This document shows positions 20,856 to 31,232 of a stretch of 64,000 nucleotides of DNA, piece after piece; the stretch's first letter is position 1, and every line of letters begins with the position of its first letter. Origin of the DNA: Spirochaetales bacterium. Lineage in GTDB: Bacteria > Spirochaetota > Spirochaetia > JABEVK01. The notes beneath the pieces were generated by a model, which was not told the origin of the DNA, did not search any database, and worked only from the letters and a program-made list of their open reading frames with translations. The translations under genes were made by a program, and so were the position numbers. Where the stretch lies: the NCBI GenBank assembly GCA_037142615.1, contig JBAXAI010000014.1, positions 1-64,000 of the forward strand, in the 5' to 3' direction.

Positions 20856-22073
20856 TCAGAGTTCGCCGTCGAGGACGTCGGGCAAAACCAGGCGAAACGT
20901 GCTGCCCTGGCCAGGCACACTCTCGGCCTCGAGGTGCCCGCCGAGCGTATGCGCCAGGTCGGAGCTGAACATCAGCCCCAGGCCGTTTCCGCTCTCGCCG
21001 GTGGTGCCAGGCTGACTGACTTTCTGGTTGTTGGTAAACAGGACCTTGACCTTGTCGGCGCCGATTCCCGTGCCTTGATCGACGACTTCAAGGATCATCC
21101 ATTCGCCTGCTCCCCGGCCACGGAGCAAGACCTTGCTCCCCACTGGGGAGTACTTGATGGCGTTGGACACGAGATTGCGCACGATGGTTTCGACCATGCG
21201 CTCGTCGGTCACACCCGACAGGGTTTCGGGACAGTCGACCTCCAAGGTGATGTTTTTGCCCTTGGCCGTGGAGGACAGCCAGGCCTGCACCGACGTCAGT
21301 GGACGCTTGAGCGGGATGCGCTGCCGCAGGGCCGACACCTCGGAGATTTGGCTTCGCACCCAACCGAGCACGTTGTCAAGAAGGTTGTACGTACGGAAGG
21401 CGGCCTCGCGGCTTTCGATCAGGATCTCACGCGAGTCCTCGTGCGTCACGGTGGTGTCGAGAGCCAGACCTAGCATGACCCCGATGTTGCCGATGGGGCC
21501 ACGCAGGTCGTGCGCCAGAATGGTGAACAGCCGGTCCTTCAAGTCGTTCTGGGTCCGGTACTTTTGGGTGAGCACCTGAAACTGCTTGTGCTGAATCGTC
21601 GAGCTTAGGGTGCGCCCGTAGAGGCTTAGAACTTCGCGCTGCATGGGGGTCAGGGGCAGTTGGTTGAAGGCGTTGTCGACGGACAGCCAGCCGAGGGTCC
21701 GGTCGCCGTCTTGCAGCACCACCATGGCGTTCCACCCGGTGCCGACAACCTTGTCCCACAACTTCAGTTCACGGTTTTCCCACACGCGGATGCGATCGGG
21801 CTCCGCCAACGCCTCGGTCAGAAAAGCGTGGTCGCTCCCGATCGATGACTTGTAGGCGGACTCGTCGACGACTTTGCCGTTGTCGTTGGTCCCCCAGGTG
21901 CCCTGCATTTCAAGGGTGAACTCGTCGTACAAGAACAGCGCGGCGCGATCAAAGCCCAATGGATCGAGCAAACCTGACACCGCCCGCCGGTACACTTCCC
22001 CCAACTCGGGAATGCGGGCCAACTCAAGCGCGAGGTTTTGCACATGGTGTACCAGATCGACGCCATCGGACAT
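20856..22073 (-). CDS. GAF-domain sensor histidine kinase
   Basis: ILAHDLRGP, RNLVSNAIKYS, DQGTG, GNGLGL. Confidence 0.9.
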   Translation of the reverse strand: MSDGVDLVHHVQNLALELARIPELGEVYRRAVSGLLDPLGFDRAALFLYDEFTLEMQGTWGTNDNGKVVDESAYKSSIGSDHAFLTEALAEPDRIRVWENRELKLWDKVVGTGWNAMVVLQDGDRTLGWLSVDNAFNQLPLTPMQREVLSLYGRTLSSTIQHKQFQVLTQKYRTQNDLKDRLFTILAHDLRGPIGNIGVMLGLALDTTVTHEDSREILIESREAAFRTYNLLDNVLGWVRSQISEVSALRQRIPLKRPLTSVQAWLSSTAKGKNITLEVDCPETLSGVTDERMVETIVRNLVSNAIKYSPVGSKVLLRGRGAGEWMILEVVDQGTGIGADKVKVLFTNNQKVSQPGTTGESGNGLGLMFSSDLAHTLGGHLEAESVPGQGSTFRLVLPDVLDGEL

Positions 22074-22174
22074 GCGTCCATTCTATACAGAAAAGCACGA
22101 ATGGTCGAAGGGAAAATGGCCCCCGGGACCGGAAAAAAGTGGCCAACTGCCTTCGGTCGAACTAAACTCGGTTC

Positions 22175-23308
22175 ATGACCGATTCCGGACGACTGACTTT
22201 GACCCAACGCGTGCAGACGGCTCTGGGCCTGATCCGCCTTTCCCACGACGACTGGGGGTTGGTCCGCACGACCCGCCGTCGGCGCAACGCCGCCAATCTT
22301 CGCTACGTCGCCGGTATCGTGGCTTTTGTGTTTCTGGTTCAGTCGGTGGTGTCGTTGGTTGACCCGGACTCGTTGTCCGAACCTTGGGTCGACTTTGGCT
22401 ACAAGCTCTGTTTCTGGAGCGGTTTTGCCGTGGCAGCGTTCTTCTTTGTGTTCTGGACGCTGAAGCCCAGCGCGCATGGTCAAAGCGCCTTTCTGCATGC
22501 CACCTTGTTCCTCGGGATGACCCTGTGCCTGCTTGACTTGCAGTCCACGGCCGACCTTTCCACGTTCACCCTGATCTTGTTCGGGACGGCTGTACTCTAT
22601 AGCGGCCCGGTCTATTGGTATCCCATTGCCTTCGCTCTCAGTTGGGCACTTCTGTCGCTTGGCATGATCGTTACCCACCCGCAGAACTTGGGGCCCACAC
22701 CCTTGGTCAGTTCGTTCGTCATCGGCGTCGTCGCCTCGGCCTCGGGGATCATTCTGGAACTGCGGCGAATCCGTACCGAACTGCTGTCGCTGGAATTGGG
22801 CCGCCGCAACCTTGAGTTGAAGGAGGCCAGTCTGCGCGACGCTTTGACGGGCCTGCACAACCGGCGCTTCTTGTTGGAATGGATGCAGAAGCAGGGTTCC
22901 CTGAATCGACGCGGCAACCACGCGCTTTCGGTGGCGCTTCTTGATCTTGATCACTTCAAGAGCGTCAACGACTCAGCGGGTCACAACGTGGGCGACGAGG
23001 TGCTCAAACAAGCAGCGCGCTGGCTCGAGCGATCCCTGCGGGCGTCAGACCTGATTGCCCGGTACGGCGGCGAGGAGTTTGTGGTTGTGCTTCAGGAAAC
23101 CCAGTTGGAAAAGGCCCTGCCCGTGATGCAGCGCTGCCTTGACGACTTCCGCAAGTCGCTGGTGCCAGGTTGGGACAAGACCGTGACTTTCAGCGCCGGC
23201 CTGACCGCCGTGCGTGGCGATGAGACGGCCGAGGCGCTTCTGAAGCGGGCTGATGACTTGCTGTATGCCGCCAAAGAGGCCGGTCGGAATAGGATCATCA
23301 CAGACTAG
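22175..23308 (+). CDS. Membrane diguanylate cyclase
   Basis: Multiple TM segments, DALTGLHNRR, DLDHFKSVND, RASDLIARYGGEEF. Confidence 0.92.
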   Translation: MTDSGRLTLTQRVQTALGLIRLSHDDWGLVRTTRRRRNAANLRYVAGIVAFVFLVQSVVSLVDPDSLSEPWVDFGYKLCFWSGFAVAAFFFVFWTLKPSAHGQSAFLHATLFLGMTLCLLDLQSTADLSTFTLILFGTAVLYSGPVYWYPIAFALSWALLSLGMIVTHPQNLGPTPLVSSFVIGVVASASGIILELRRIRTELLSLELGRRNLELKEASLRDALTGLHNRRFLLEWMQKQGSLNRRGNHALSVALLDLDHFKSVNDSAGHNVGDEVLKQAARWLERSLRASDLIARYGGEEFVVVLQETQLEKALPVMQRCLDDFRKSLVPGWDKTVTFSAGLTAVRGDETAEALLKRADDLLYAAKEAGRNRIITD

Positions 23309-23340
23309 CAGACAACCGTTTGCGGCCCTAGAATAGCCCT

Positions 23341-24576
23341 ATGTTACGCTTGGGCCCCTGGTTGGTCCCCCTTGCTGCCCTTACGTTGGTTCAGGCAGCC
23401 AACTTGTTGCTCGCCGCCCTCGTCCTTCCGGGCGTGGCCACTCATCCGTTGGGCTACATCCCTTGGGTCCTTTTGGCTGGCTGGGGCTTGGGCACGGTGC
23501 TTTTGGCCTTTCGGCCCGATCCCGTCATTTCGTTCCTGCTGTTGGCCTGCTGGGCGATGTCGGTGCAGCTCTTGCTTCTTCCACCTGGTCTACCGCCAAC
23601 TTTTGGCACCTTGGCGGTAGCGCCAGTTCTGGCTGTGGGGGTGTTGGCGCTGCCCCGTTGGTGGGGTCCCACTTTTTCGCTGGGCGTTTTGCTGGTATCG
23701 TTGCTGACTCAGGGACCCCGGCTCGCTTGGGGCCTCGAAGTTCCGGGGGCGGATGCCCCCAGTCAGTGGAGTTTGGCTGTCTTGGGCGTGACCCTGGTGT
23801 TGGGTGCCTGGTCCGTGCGCGCAGCCTTCGCCCGGGCCGAACGGGCCCAGACGGAACTGGCGCACTTGAAGGAAGGCCTGGGCCAGATCATTCAGGCCAA
23901 CGTTGGTTTTCAAGACCACGCGGCCAGCATGGAGGCTGCTTCGAGCCGGCGCGAGCGCCTCCACATCACCCGCGAAATTCACGACATTGTGGGCTACACG
24001 CTCACCAATCAGACCATGGTGCTTCAGGCGGCCAAGGTGCTCATTGACCGCGACCATGAGCGCCTGCGCGAACTTCTGGAGTCAGCCGAAGAAGCCGCGC
24101 GAAGCGGATTGCAGGAGGTGCGCCAGGCTCTACGGCAGTTGCGCGCCGAAGCCGAGCGGCCACCGGGTCTGCTCAACCGGTTGCACCATTTGTGTCGCAC
24201 CTTTGAGCAGGCCACTTCGGTACAGGTGCGCCTTTCGGGTGACCAACTGCCCGAAGAACTCCCCGACGGGCTCGAGCCCGTGCTGTACCGCATCGTTCAG
24301 GAGGGGCTGACAAACGCCTTTCTTCACGGCAAAGCAACCAAGGTAACGGCCCGCCTGGCGCTCGAGCGTCGCCCTGGCACCGACTCCTCGCTCAGCGTGG
24401 CTATTTCCGACAACGGCCAAGGTGCCGACTCGGTGGTCGAAGGGATCGGCCTCACAGGCATGCGCGAACGGCTGTCTGGGTTTGGTGCTACTCTCGTCTA
24501 TCGCGCCGAGGCTCACGGCTTTACCGTCAGCGTCCAGATTCCCTTGCCCGCTCTACCCACCCCGGAGGTGCCATGA
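23341..24576 (+). CDS. Membrane sensor kinase (HisKA_3 type)
   Basis: ERLHITREIHDIVGY, YRIVQEGLTNAFLHG, GIGLTGMRER. Confidence 0.92.
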   Translation: MLRLGPWLVPLAALTLVQAANLLLAALVLPGVATHPLGYIPWVLLAGWGLGTVLLAFRPDPVISFLLLACWAMSVQLLLLPPGLPPTFGTLAVAPVLAVGVLALPRWWGPTFSLGVLLVSLLTQGPRLAWGLEVPGADAPSQWSLAVLGVTLVLGAWSVRAAFARAERAQTELAHLKEGLGQIIQANVGFQDHAASMEAASSRRERLHITREIHDIVGYTLTNQTMVLQAAKVLIDRDHERLRELLESAEEAARSGLQEVRQALRQLRAEAERPPGLLNRLHHLCRTFEQATSVQVRLSGDQLPEELPDGLEPVLYRIVQEGLTNAFLHGKATKVTARLALERRPGTDSSLSVAISDNGQGADSVVEGIGLTGMRERLSGFGATLVYRAEAHGFTVSVQIPLPALPTPEVP

Positions 24577-25232
24577 CCCGTATTCTCATCGTTGACGACC
24601 AGGTGCTGTTTGCCGAAAGTCTGCGCACCGTCCTCGAAGCGTCGGGCGAGCCTTGGAAGGTCTGCGGGCTCGCCGAAAACGGCCGCGAGGCTGTCGATGC
24701 CGTCGAAGAGCTCAAGCCCGACCTGGTGCTCATGGACGTACGCATGCCCGTCATGGACGGCGTGGCTGCCACCCGCATCCTCAAGAGCAAGCACCCGGCC
24801 CTGCGGATCCTCATGCTCACCACCTTTGAAGACGACGAATACGTGCGCGAGGCTTTGCGGTACGGTGTCAGTGGTTACCTGCTCAAGAGTATTCCCGCGT
24901 CGGAACTGCTGGCTTCGCTTCGGGCGGCACTTTCGGGGGCGCTGCAGCTCGACCCGCGCGTGGTCCAGGCGCTTGTGGGCCAAGCGTCGGAGGGCAAGGG
25001 GAGCGAAAGCCCCAGCGCCGACGCGCCACCCCCGTGGTTCGATGAGCTCACGCGCAAGGAGCGCCAAGTGCTCGGCCTGATGGTAGGCGGCTTTCACAAT
25101 GACGAGATCGCCGAGCGGGTGTGCATGGCCCCACAGACCGTGCGCAACTACATCAGCCGCATCTACGACAAGCTCGGCACCGCCGACCGGGTGGCCGCTG
25201 TCCGCATGGCACGCTCGACCGGCTTGTTCTAG
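24573..25232 (+). CDS. NarL/LuxR response regulator
   Basis: ILIVDDQ, LMDVRMP, LTRKERQVL..TVRNYISRIYDKL. Confidence 0.95.
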   Translation: MTRILIVDDQVLFAESLRTVLEASGEPWKVCGLAENGREAVDAVEELKPDLVLMDVRMPVMDGVAATRILKSKHPALRILMLTTFEDDEYVREALRYGVSGYLLKSIPASELLASLRAALSGALQLDPRVVQALVGQASEGKGSESPSADAPPPWFDELTRKERQVLGLMVGGFHNDEIAERVCMAPQTVRNYISRIYDKLGTADRVAAVRMARSTGLF

Positions 25233-25335
25233 CCCGGGCCCCCGGTACAATTCGAGGACAATTCCGGTACTCACCAACTCTTCCTGCGCACGGTGAATGG
25301 CCTCATGCTAAACCATCTTTCGAAAAGGAGTTTCC

Positions 25336-26583
25336 ATGAAACTTGCACGGATCATCACGCGGGCCTTGGGCCTGGCTACCGTACTGCTCGCCGCCAGCGC
25401 CTTTGCCCAGACCATCACCCTCGGGTCGTGGCGCACCGACGACGTGGCCAAGGTGAACAACATCATCGCGGCGTTTAACAAGACCAACCCGAATATCAAG
25501 GTCAAGTTCGACCCTACGAACCCGCCCGACTACAACGCCACCCTGCGCTTGCAACTCGAGAGCGGCAACGGTCCCGACCTGTTCTACGCCCGCAGCTACG
25601 CCACCGGCGAAGAGCTGTACAAGGCCGGTTTTGAGCTCGACCTGAGCTCGCTGCCCGCCATCAAGAGCAACTTCACCACCGGCGCTACCTCGGCCTGGAC
25701 CACGAGCGACGGCAAGGTGTTCGCTATGCCCTTGGGAGCGGTCAGCCACGGCATCTACTACAACAAGGACCTTTTCGCCAAGAACGGCATTGCGATTCCC
25801 AAGACCTGGGAAGACCTGATTGCCGCCGCCGACAAACTCAAGAAGGCCGGCGTCACCCCCTTCGGCAACGGCATCGCTGACAACTGGGACATCAACGAAG
25901 TGGTGCTCATGAGCGCCATGCCCTCGACCATTGGCGGCGCCGACGGCCGCATCGCCTACGAGACGGGCAAACGCCCCTTCAACGATGCCAACATGGTCGC
26001 CGCCTTCCAGCAGATGAAAGACCTGGCCCCCTACCTGCCCAAGGGTTTCGAAGCGCTGACGTACAACGACATGGAAGCCCTCTTCGCTCTCGGCAAGGTC
26101 GCCATGGTGTTCGACGGTAGCTGGACCGTTCCCCAGTTCATGGACCAGGCCAAGGGAATCAACTGGTCGATCTTCAGCACCCCCCCGCTCAAGGGCAAGG
26201 CCGCCGTGGTCGAGTTCCATCCCGACTCCGCCATCGCCATCAACCCCAAGAGCAAGAACATCGACGCGGCCAAAACCTTCCTCACGTGGCTGTCGGGCCC
26301 CGAGGGCGCCAAGGCCATCGGCGACAACCTGATCGGTGTGTTCCCCATGAGCAAGAACGCCGTCAAGTTGACCAACGAGTACGCCAACACCTTCTTGGCC
26401 TTCAACACCGGTACCGGACAGGACGCGCGCTTCGTGTGGCCCAAGCTGATGGTGGGCAAACCCTCGGGCTATGACCTGCTGCTTAACAACACCAACGACG
26501 TGCTCAAGGGCACCGTGACCCCCAAGCAGGCCGCCGACAACGTCGCAGCCGGCCTGGCCCAATGGTACAAGCCCTCCAAGTAG
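25336..26583 (+). CDS. Sugar ABC transporter substrate-binding protein
   Basis: Signal peptide, GPDLF, YYNKDLF..PKTWEDL, GKVAMVFDGSW. Confidence 0.92.
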   Translation: MKLARIITRALGLATVLLAASAFAQTITLGSWRTDDVAKVNNIIAAFNKTNPNIKVKFDPTNPPDYNATLRLQLESGNGPDLFYARSYATGEELYKAGFELDLSSLPAIKSNFTTGATSAWTTSDGKVFAMPLGAVSHGIYYNKDLFAKNGIAIPKTWEDLIAAADKLKKAGVTPFGNGIADNWDINEVVLMSAMPSTIGGADGRIAYETGKRPFNDANMVAAFQQMKDLAPYLPKGFEALTYNDMEALFALGKVAMVFDGSWTVPQFMDQAKGINWSIFSTPPLKGKAAVVEFHPDSAIAINPKSKNIDAAKTFLTWLSGPEGAKAIGDNLIGVFPMSKNAVKLTNEYANTFLAFNTGTGQDARFVWPKLMVGKPSGYDLLLNNTNDVLKGTVTPKQAADNVAAGLAQWYKPSK

Positions 26584-26592
26584 TCTGAACGC

Positions 26593-26616
26593 GGGGCGGC
26601 CCTCCGGGGTCGCCCC
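26593..26616 (+). other. Intercistronic GC stem-loop after the SBP gene
   Basis: GGGGCGGCCC-TCCG-GGGTCGCCCC with no U-tract; probably an mRNA stabiliser. Confidence 0.6.
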
Positions 26617-26653
26617 CACTCTCGCTCCCTTATCCCCCCCAAAGGACCCTCAA

Positions 26654-27610
26654 ATGGCGACTTCCCGCAAAAGTTTGGAGACTGAACGCAACCTGGCGTG
26701 GCTGGTTTGGATACTGCCGGCGTTGCTGGTGTACCTGGTGTTCATGGCTTGGCCACTACTGAACTCGCTGCGGCTGAGCTTCTACACGGGGTCGGGCTTT
26801 CAGCTCGACAACTTCATCGGCTTCGACAACTACCGGCGCCTTTTTGGGGGAGGGGAAGAGTCCAACCGCTTTTACGGGGCTTTCGGCAACACCTTCATCT
26901 TCTTCGCCATCCACATGCTCGTGCAGAACTCGCTGGGGCTGGCCTTTGCCCTGCTTCTGTCGCGCAAAGATCTCAAGGGCCGGGCCCTGTTCCGAACCAT
27001 CATTTTTATCCCGGCCACGCTGGCCATCATCGTCACGGGGTTCTTGTGGAAGCTGCTGCTCAACCCGCAGTGGGGACCTCTTAACCTGATTCTGGGCCAG
27101 GTCGGCCTGGGCGACTGGGCCTTGCCGTGGCTGGGCGAGCACAACCTGGCCCTCCCCGTGATCAGTCTTGTGTCGAGCTGGCAGTGGGTGGGCATTCCCA
27201 CCATGATCTTCCTCGCGGCGCTCAACGGCATCAGCGAAGACTATTTCGAGGCGGCCCAGATCGACGGCGCCACCGGCTGGCAGGTGCTCGGGCGCATCAA
27301 GCTGCCGCTGCTGTTGCCCATCATGAGCGTCGTGGCCATCCTCACCTTTACCGGAAACTTCAACGCCTTTGACGTGGTGTTCGCCATGGCCGGCCCCAAC
27401 GGCCCGCCCGGCTACGCCACCGACATTTTGGGCACTTACTTTTACCGCACCGGCATTGCCGGCCAGCACCCGGTGGGCATCCCCGACATGGGCTTGGGGG
27501 CTGCCGTCTCGTCGGTGACCTTTGTGGTGTTGCTCGTGGGCGTGCTGTCGATGCAGTACCTCGGCCGCGACCGCGATGCCGAAGCCCAAAAGAAGGCGGC
27601 GCAGAAATGA
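26654..27610 (+). CDS. Sugar ABC permease
   Basis: FIGFDNY, EAAQIDGA (EAA loop). Confidence 0.93.
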   Translation: MATSRKSLETERNLAWLVWILPALLVYLVFMAWPLLNSLRLSFYTGSGFQLDNFIGFDNYRRLFGGGEESNRFYGAFGNTFIFFAIHMLVQNSLGLAFALLLSRKDLKGRALFRTIIFIPATLAIIVTGFLWKLLLNPQWGPLNLILGQVGLGDWALPWLGEHNLALPVISLVSSWQWVGIPTMIFLAALNGISEDYFEAAQIDGATGWQVLGRIKLPLLLPIMSVVAILTFTGNFNAFDVVFAMAGPNGPPGYATDILGTYFYRTGIAGQHPVGIPDMGLGAAVSSVTFVVLLVGVLSMQYLGRDRDAEAQKKAAQK

Positions 27611-28449
27611 GCGGCAAACCTTTCACCCGACGGTCCCTTTCAGCCCTTCCCGGCTACCTTCTTCTCGGCTTTTGGAGCCTGCTGGTGCTCATCCCTCTGT
27701 GGGTGATGGTCGTCAACTCGTTCAAAGTGTCGCTCGACATCTTCCGCGATCCCTTCGGGCTGCCAGTGACGGTGAGCACCGCGGGGTACGAGGCCCTCCT
27801 GGCGGGCGGCAGCTTTCTCACGTACTTCTTCAACAGCCTGCTGATCACCACGGTCTCGATCGCGGGCATCCTTGTCATCGCCTCGGCGGCGGCGTACGGC
27901 CTGGCCAACTGGACCAGCCGCGCTAGCCGTTACCTGCTGTTGGTGTTCTTGGCCGGGCTGATGATTCCCATCCGCATCGCCAGCATCAATTTGCTGGGGT
28001 TGGTGAAAGACCTGGGGTTGATGGACTCGCTCTGGGGACTTTTCCCCATTTACGTGGCCATGGGTCTGCCGATGGGGGTATTTGTGCTCACCGAGTTTAT
28101 CAAGGCCGTACCCAAGGAGATTCTCAATGCGGCCCGCATCGACGGCGCCGGCAGCGTGAAGATCTTTGTGCAGATTGTGTTGCCCCTCACCCGGCCAGCC
28201 CTAGCGACTGTGGCGATCTTTAACCTGGTGAACCTGTGGAACGACCTCTGGTTCCCGCTGATCATCATCCGCAGCGACGACCAGCGCACACTCATGCTGG
28301 GGGTCACACGCCTTTTTGGGCAGTACCAGACCGACTGGAACAAGGTTCTGGCCGTTCTGACCACGGCATCGATTCCCATCATTCTGCTGTATCTGGTTCT
28401 ATCTAAACAGTTTATCCAGGGGTTGACGGCAGGGGCGGTCAAAGAGTAG
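27607..28449 (+). CDS. Sugar ABC permease
   Basis: NAARIDGA, WNDLWFPL, QFIQGLTAGAVKE. Confidence 0.93.
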   Translation: MSGKPFTRRSLSALPGYLLLGFWSLLVLIPLWVMVVNSFKVSLDIFRDPFGLPVTVSTAGYEALLAGGSFLTYFFNSLLITTVSIAGILVIASAAAYGLANWTSRASRYLLLVFLAGLMIPIRIASINLLGLVKDLGLMDSLWGLFPIYVAMGLPMGVFVLTEFIKAVPKEILNAARIDGAGSVKIFVQIVLPLTRPALATVAIFNLVNLWNDLWFPLIIIRSDDQRTLMLGVTRLFGQYQTDWNKVLAVLTTASIPIILLYLVLSKQFIQGLTAGAVKE

Positions 28450-28459
28450 CGCCTTTCGC

Positions 28460-29200
28460 TCAGCCGAAGCGTGCCGCCGTCTCGAGCCCAATGGTGAACA
28501 TCGTCGTCAGCGCGGTTTGCCGCTCATGGGCCGACATTTCCTTGTGGGTGACGTTGGAGTCGCTGCACGTGAGGATGGTGAGCGCCTTTCGGTGCAGGTA
28601 GGCCGCGTTGCAGTAGAGTGCATAGCATTCCATGTCGGTGCCGGCGCAGCCCATATCGGCCCACGCCTTCCAGCCGGCCTCGCCGCGAGCGCTGTACAGG
28701 CTGAACAGGTCGCTCGAAAAAACGTTGCCTGCCCAGTGGCGGGCACCCAGCTTGCGGGCTTCGCCGACGGCGGTTTCGAGCAGGGCGAAGTCGGCGCAGG
28801 GCGCAAAAACCCCTGGGAGCGCGTACTGGCTGGCGTAGTTCGAGTCGCTCGAGGCGCTCATCGCGAACAGGATGTCGCCTACCTCGACGTCGGCGGTTAG
28901 GCCTCCGCAGGTTCCAATGCGCAAGATCCGCTCCACACCGTAGTGCTCATACAGTTCGAACGAATACAACCCCATCGAAGGGCCACCCATGCCCGAGCCC
29001 ATCACGCTGACGCGCACACCCTTGTAGGTGCCCGTAAAGCCGAGCATGCCGCGGATGCCCGTGAATTGCACCACGTCGGTCAGCAGTGTGTCGGCCAGGT
29101 GCTTGGCGCGCAGCGGGTCGCCCGGCATCAAAACAGTTTTTGCAATGTCGCCGGGCTGGCCGGCGTTGTGGGGGGTGGTCGTTTTCCAAAAAGCCATCAT
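28460..29200 (-). CDS. deoD: Purine-nucleoside phosphorylase
   Basis: TPHNA..GDIAKTVLMPGDPLRAK, GSGMGGPS, RIGTCG. Confidence 0.92.
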   Translation of the reverse strand: MMAFWKTTTPHNAGQPGDIAKTVLMPGDPLRAKHLADTLLTDVVQFTGIRGMLGFTGTYKGVRVSVMGSGMGGPSMGLYSFELYEHYGVERILRIGTCGGLTADVEVGDILFAMSASSDSNYASQYALPGVFAPCADFALLETAVGEARKLGARHWAGNVFSSDLFSLYSARGEAGWKAWADMGCAGTDMECYALYCNAAYLHRKALTILTCSDSNVTHKEMSAHERQTALTTMFTIGLETAARFG

Positions 29201-30102
29201 CGGAGTCCTTTTTCGTAGGGTTGGCCAATGGCCTTGGGGGCGAAGTCTTTGCCCGAGAACAACACGAGGGTCAGGATGGTGAGCACGTACGGCACCACGC
29301 TGAAGAACTGCGGAGGCAAGAAACGCAGACTTTGCACGTTGACCATCGAAATGGCCAGAGCCACTGAGGTGCCAAACAAGGCGGCGGCCCCGGCGACTCC
29401 TCCAGGCAGCCATCGCCCGAAGCTGACGGCCGCCAGCGCGATAAAGCCTTGCCCGTTAATGGAATGCATTGTGTACTGAATGGTTTCGGTAAGCACAAGG
29501 CACGAGCCAGCGAGCCCGCCGAGCACGCCCGACGCCAGCACGGCGAGATAACGCAGGCGACGAACGTCGATACCGGCGGCGGCGGCGGCTTGCGGGTTCT
29601 CACCACAGGAGCGCAACCGCAGCCCGGCCGGGCGCTTGTACAAAAAGAACCAGACGCCTATCAGCACCAGCGCGGCAATCCATACCGTGGGGTAGAGACC
29701 CAAGCCGTCGGTGGTCATGCCGATCTGGAAGGCCGAGGTGCGGTCCTGGTGGAACAGGATCTGGCACAGGAACACCGTGGCGCCGACAGCGAGCAGGTTG
29801 ATGCCGGTACCCGAAACCACCTGGTCGGCGTTGAGGCTGATCGACGCGTAGGCGTGGATGAGGCTGAACAGCCCACCGGCAGCCATGCCCGAAGCCACGC
29901 CGATCCAGAGCGACCAGCCCGGAAGCACCGGCTCGAGCAGCACATGCACGGTGGCGCCGGTAAAGGCACCGATGCCCATCAGGCCCTCGAGGGCAATGTT
30001 CACCACGCCCGAGCGCTCGCTGATCATGCCGCCCACAGCTGCAATCAAAATGGGCGCCACCATCATCAAAATGGAAGGAAGCAAGCTGGCAAGGTCGATC
30101 AT
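29197..30102 (-). CDS. Nucleoside ABC permease (NupC-like)
   Basis: SERSGVVNIALEGLM, ADQVVSG, GLRLRSCGENP, GFIALAA. Confidence 0.9.
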   Translation of the reverse strand: MIDLASLLPSILMMVAPILIAAVGGMISERSGVVNIALEGLMGIGAFTGATVHVLLEPVLPGWSLWIGVASGMAAGGLFSLIHAYASISLNADQVVSGTGINLLAVGATVFLCQILFHQDRTSAFQIGMTTDGLGLYPTVWIAALVLIGVWFFLYKRPAGLRLRSCGENPQAAAAAGIDVRRLRYLAVLASGVLGGLAGSCLVLTETIQYTMHSINGQGFIALAAVSFGRWLPGGVAGAAALFGTSVALAISMVNVQSLRFLPPQFFSVVPYVLTILTLVLFSGKDFAPKAIGQPYEKGLR

Positions 30103-31232
30103 GACTTGGTCCTTTGGGCGACCGACTGTTGCCTGGCGCGCCAGTCGGCGAGGAGTTTGAAGCCGTTGCGGAACGAGATAAACACCACGACCAGCCCGAA
30201 GATGATCCAGGTGATTTCTTTGGGGATGTCGCGGCTTTGCATCAGCGGTTGGGCCGAGTTGAGCATACCGAACAGCAGGCCGGCCAACAGCGAGCCGATG
30301 GCCGACACGTTGCCCACCAGCGCCACGGCGATGCCGTTGAACCCGTAGTTTTCCATGCCCGGCAGCACACGCCCGTAGCTGAAACTTCCCAGGGCGACGA
30401 TGACCCCCGCCAGCCCCGCGAACGCACCTGCGATGAGCATCGAAGTGGTGATGGCACTTTGTACCTTGATGCCCGAAGCTCTGGCAGCTTCTTTGTTCAA
30501 ACCGGTGGCCCGCAGCGAAAAGCCCAGCCTTGTCTTGTCGATGACGAACCAGAAGAACAACACCGACAGCAACATGAACCACAAGCCGTTGCTCAGGCGC
30601 GAACCGTTGGTGAGCACACTGATCCAGTCGTTCTGCAGCAGGGCGGTCTCGGGGAAGGCCTTGGTGCGGTAGGTGTTGGCCCCGGGCGCAAAGGCCTGGG
30701 TTACCCACTGGCTGAGGTAGAGCGCGATGTAATTGAGCATGATGGTGGTCACCACCTCGCTTACGGTGTACTTGGCCTTGAGCCAACCCGCGATGCCACC
30801 CCAAAGGGCCCCGGCCGCGGTACCGGCCGCCACGCACAGCAACCAGTGCAGGCCCGGGATGGGTGGGAACATCAAGGCGACAAACTGCGCCGCCGTCAGC
30901 CCGGCGATGTATTGCCCTTCGGCGCCGATGTTGAACAGCCCGGTACGCGACGCGAACGCCATCGACAGCCCGCACAGAACCAACGGCATCGAGGCCACGA
31001 ACCATTCCCCGATGTAGCGCGCATTCCAAACCCCACGGCTCGAGTCCCAGCCGGTGACCACCTGAAGCAGGGCACTGAACATGTTCAGCGGGTTCCGGCC
31101 GACGAGCACGATGAACAGACTTCCGAACACAAAGCCGAGCGCGATGACCAGAAGCGACACGGCCCAGTTGGATCGGGTGAACAGATCGATCAGATCGAAC
31201 TTCTCTTTGGTGGGTAGGGTTTTATCCGACAT
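30099..31232 (-). CDS. Nucleoside ABC permease (NupB-like)
   Basis: GLFNIGAEGQ, SEVVTTIMLNYIA, GFNGIAVAL. Confidence 0.9.
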   Translation of the reverse strand: MSDKTLPTKEKFDLIDLFTRSNWAVSLLVIALGFVFGSLFIVLVGRNPLNMFSALLQVVTGWDSSRGVWNARYIGEWFVASMPLVLCGLSMAFASRTGLFNIGAEGQYIAGLTAAQFVALMFPPIPGLHWLLCVAAGTAAGALWGGIAGWLKAKYTVSEVVTTIMLNYIALYLSQWVTQAFAPGANTYRTKAFPETALLQNDWISVLTNGSRLSNGLWFMLLSVLFFWFVIDKTRLGFSLRATGLNKEAARASGIKVQSAITTSMLIAGAFAGLAGVIVALGSFSYGRVLPGMENYGFNGIAVALVGNVSAIGSLLAGLLFGMLNSAQPLMQSRDIPKEITWIIFGLVVVFISFRNGFKLLADWRARQQSVAQRTKS

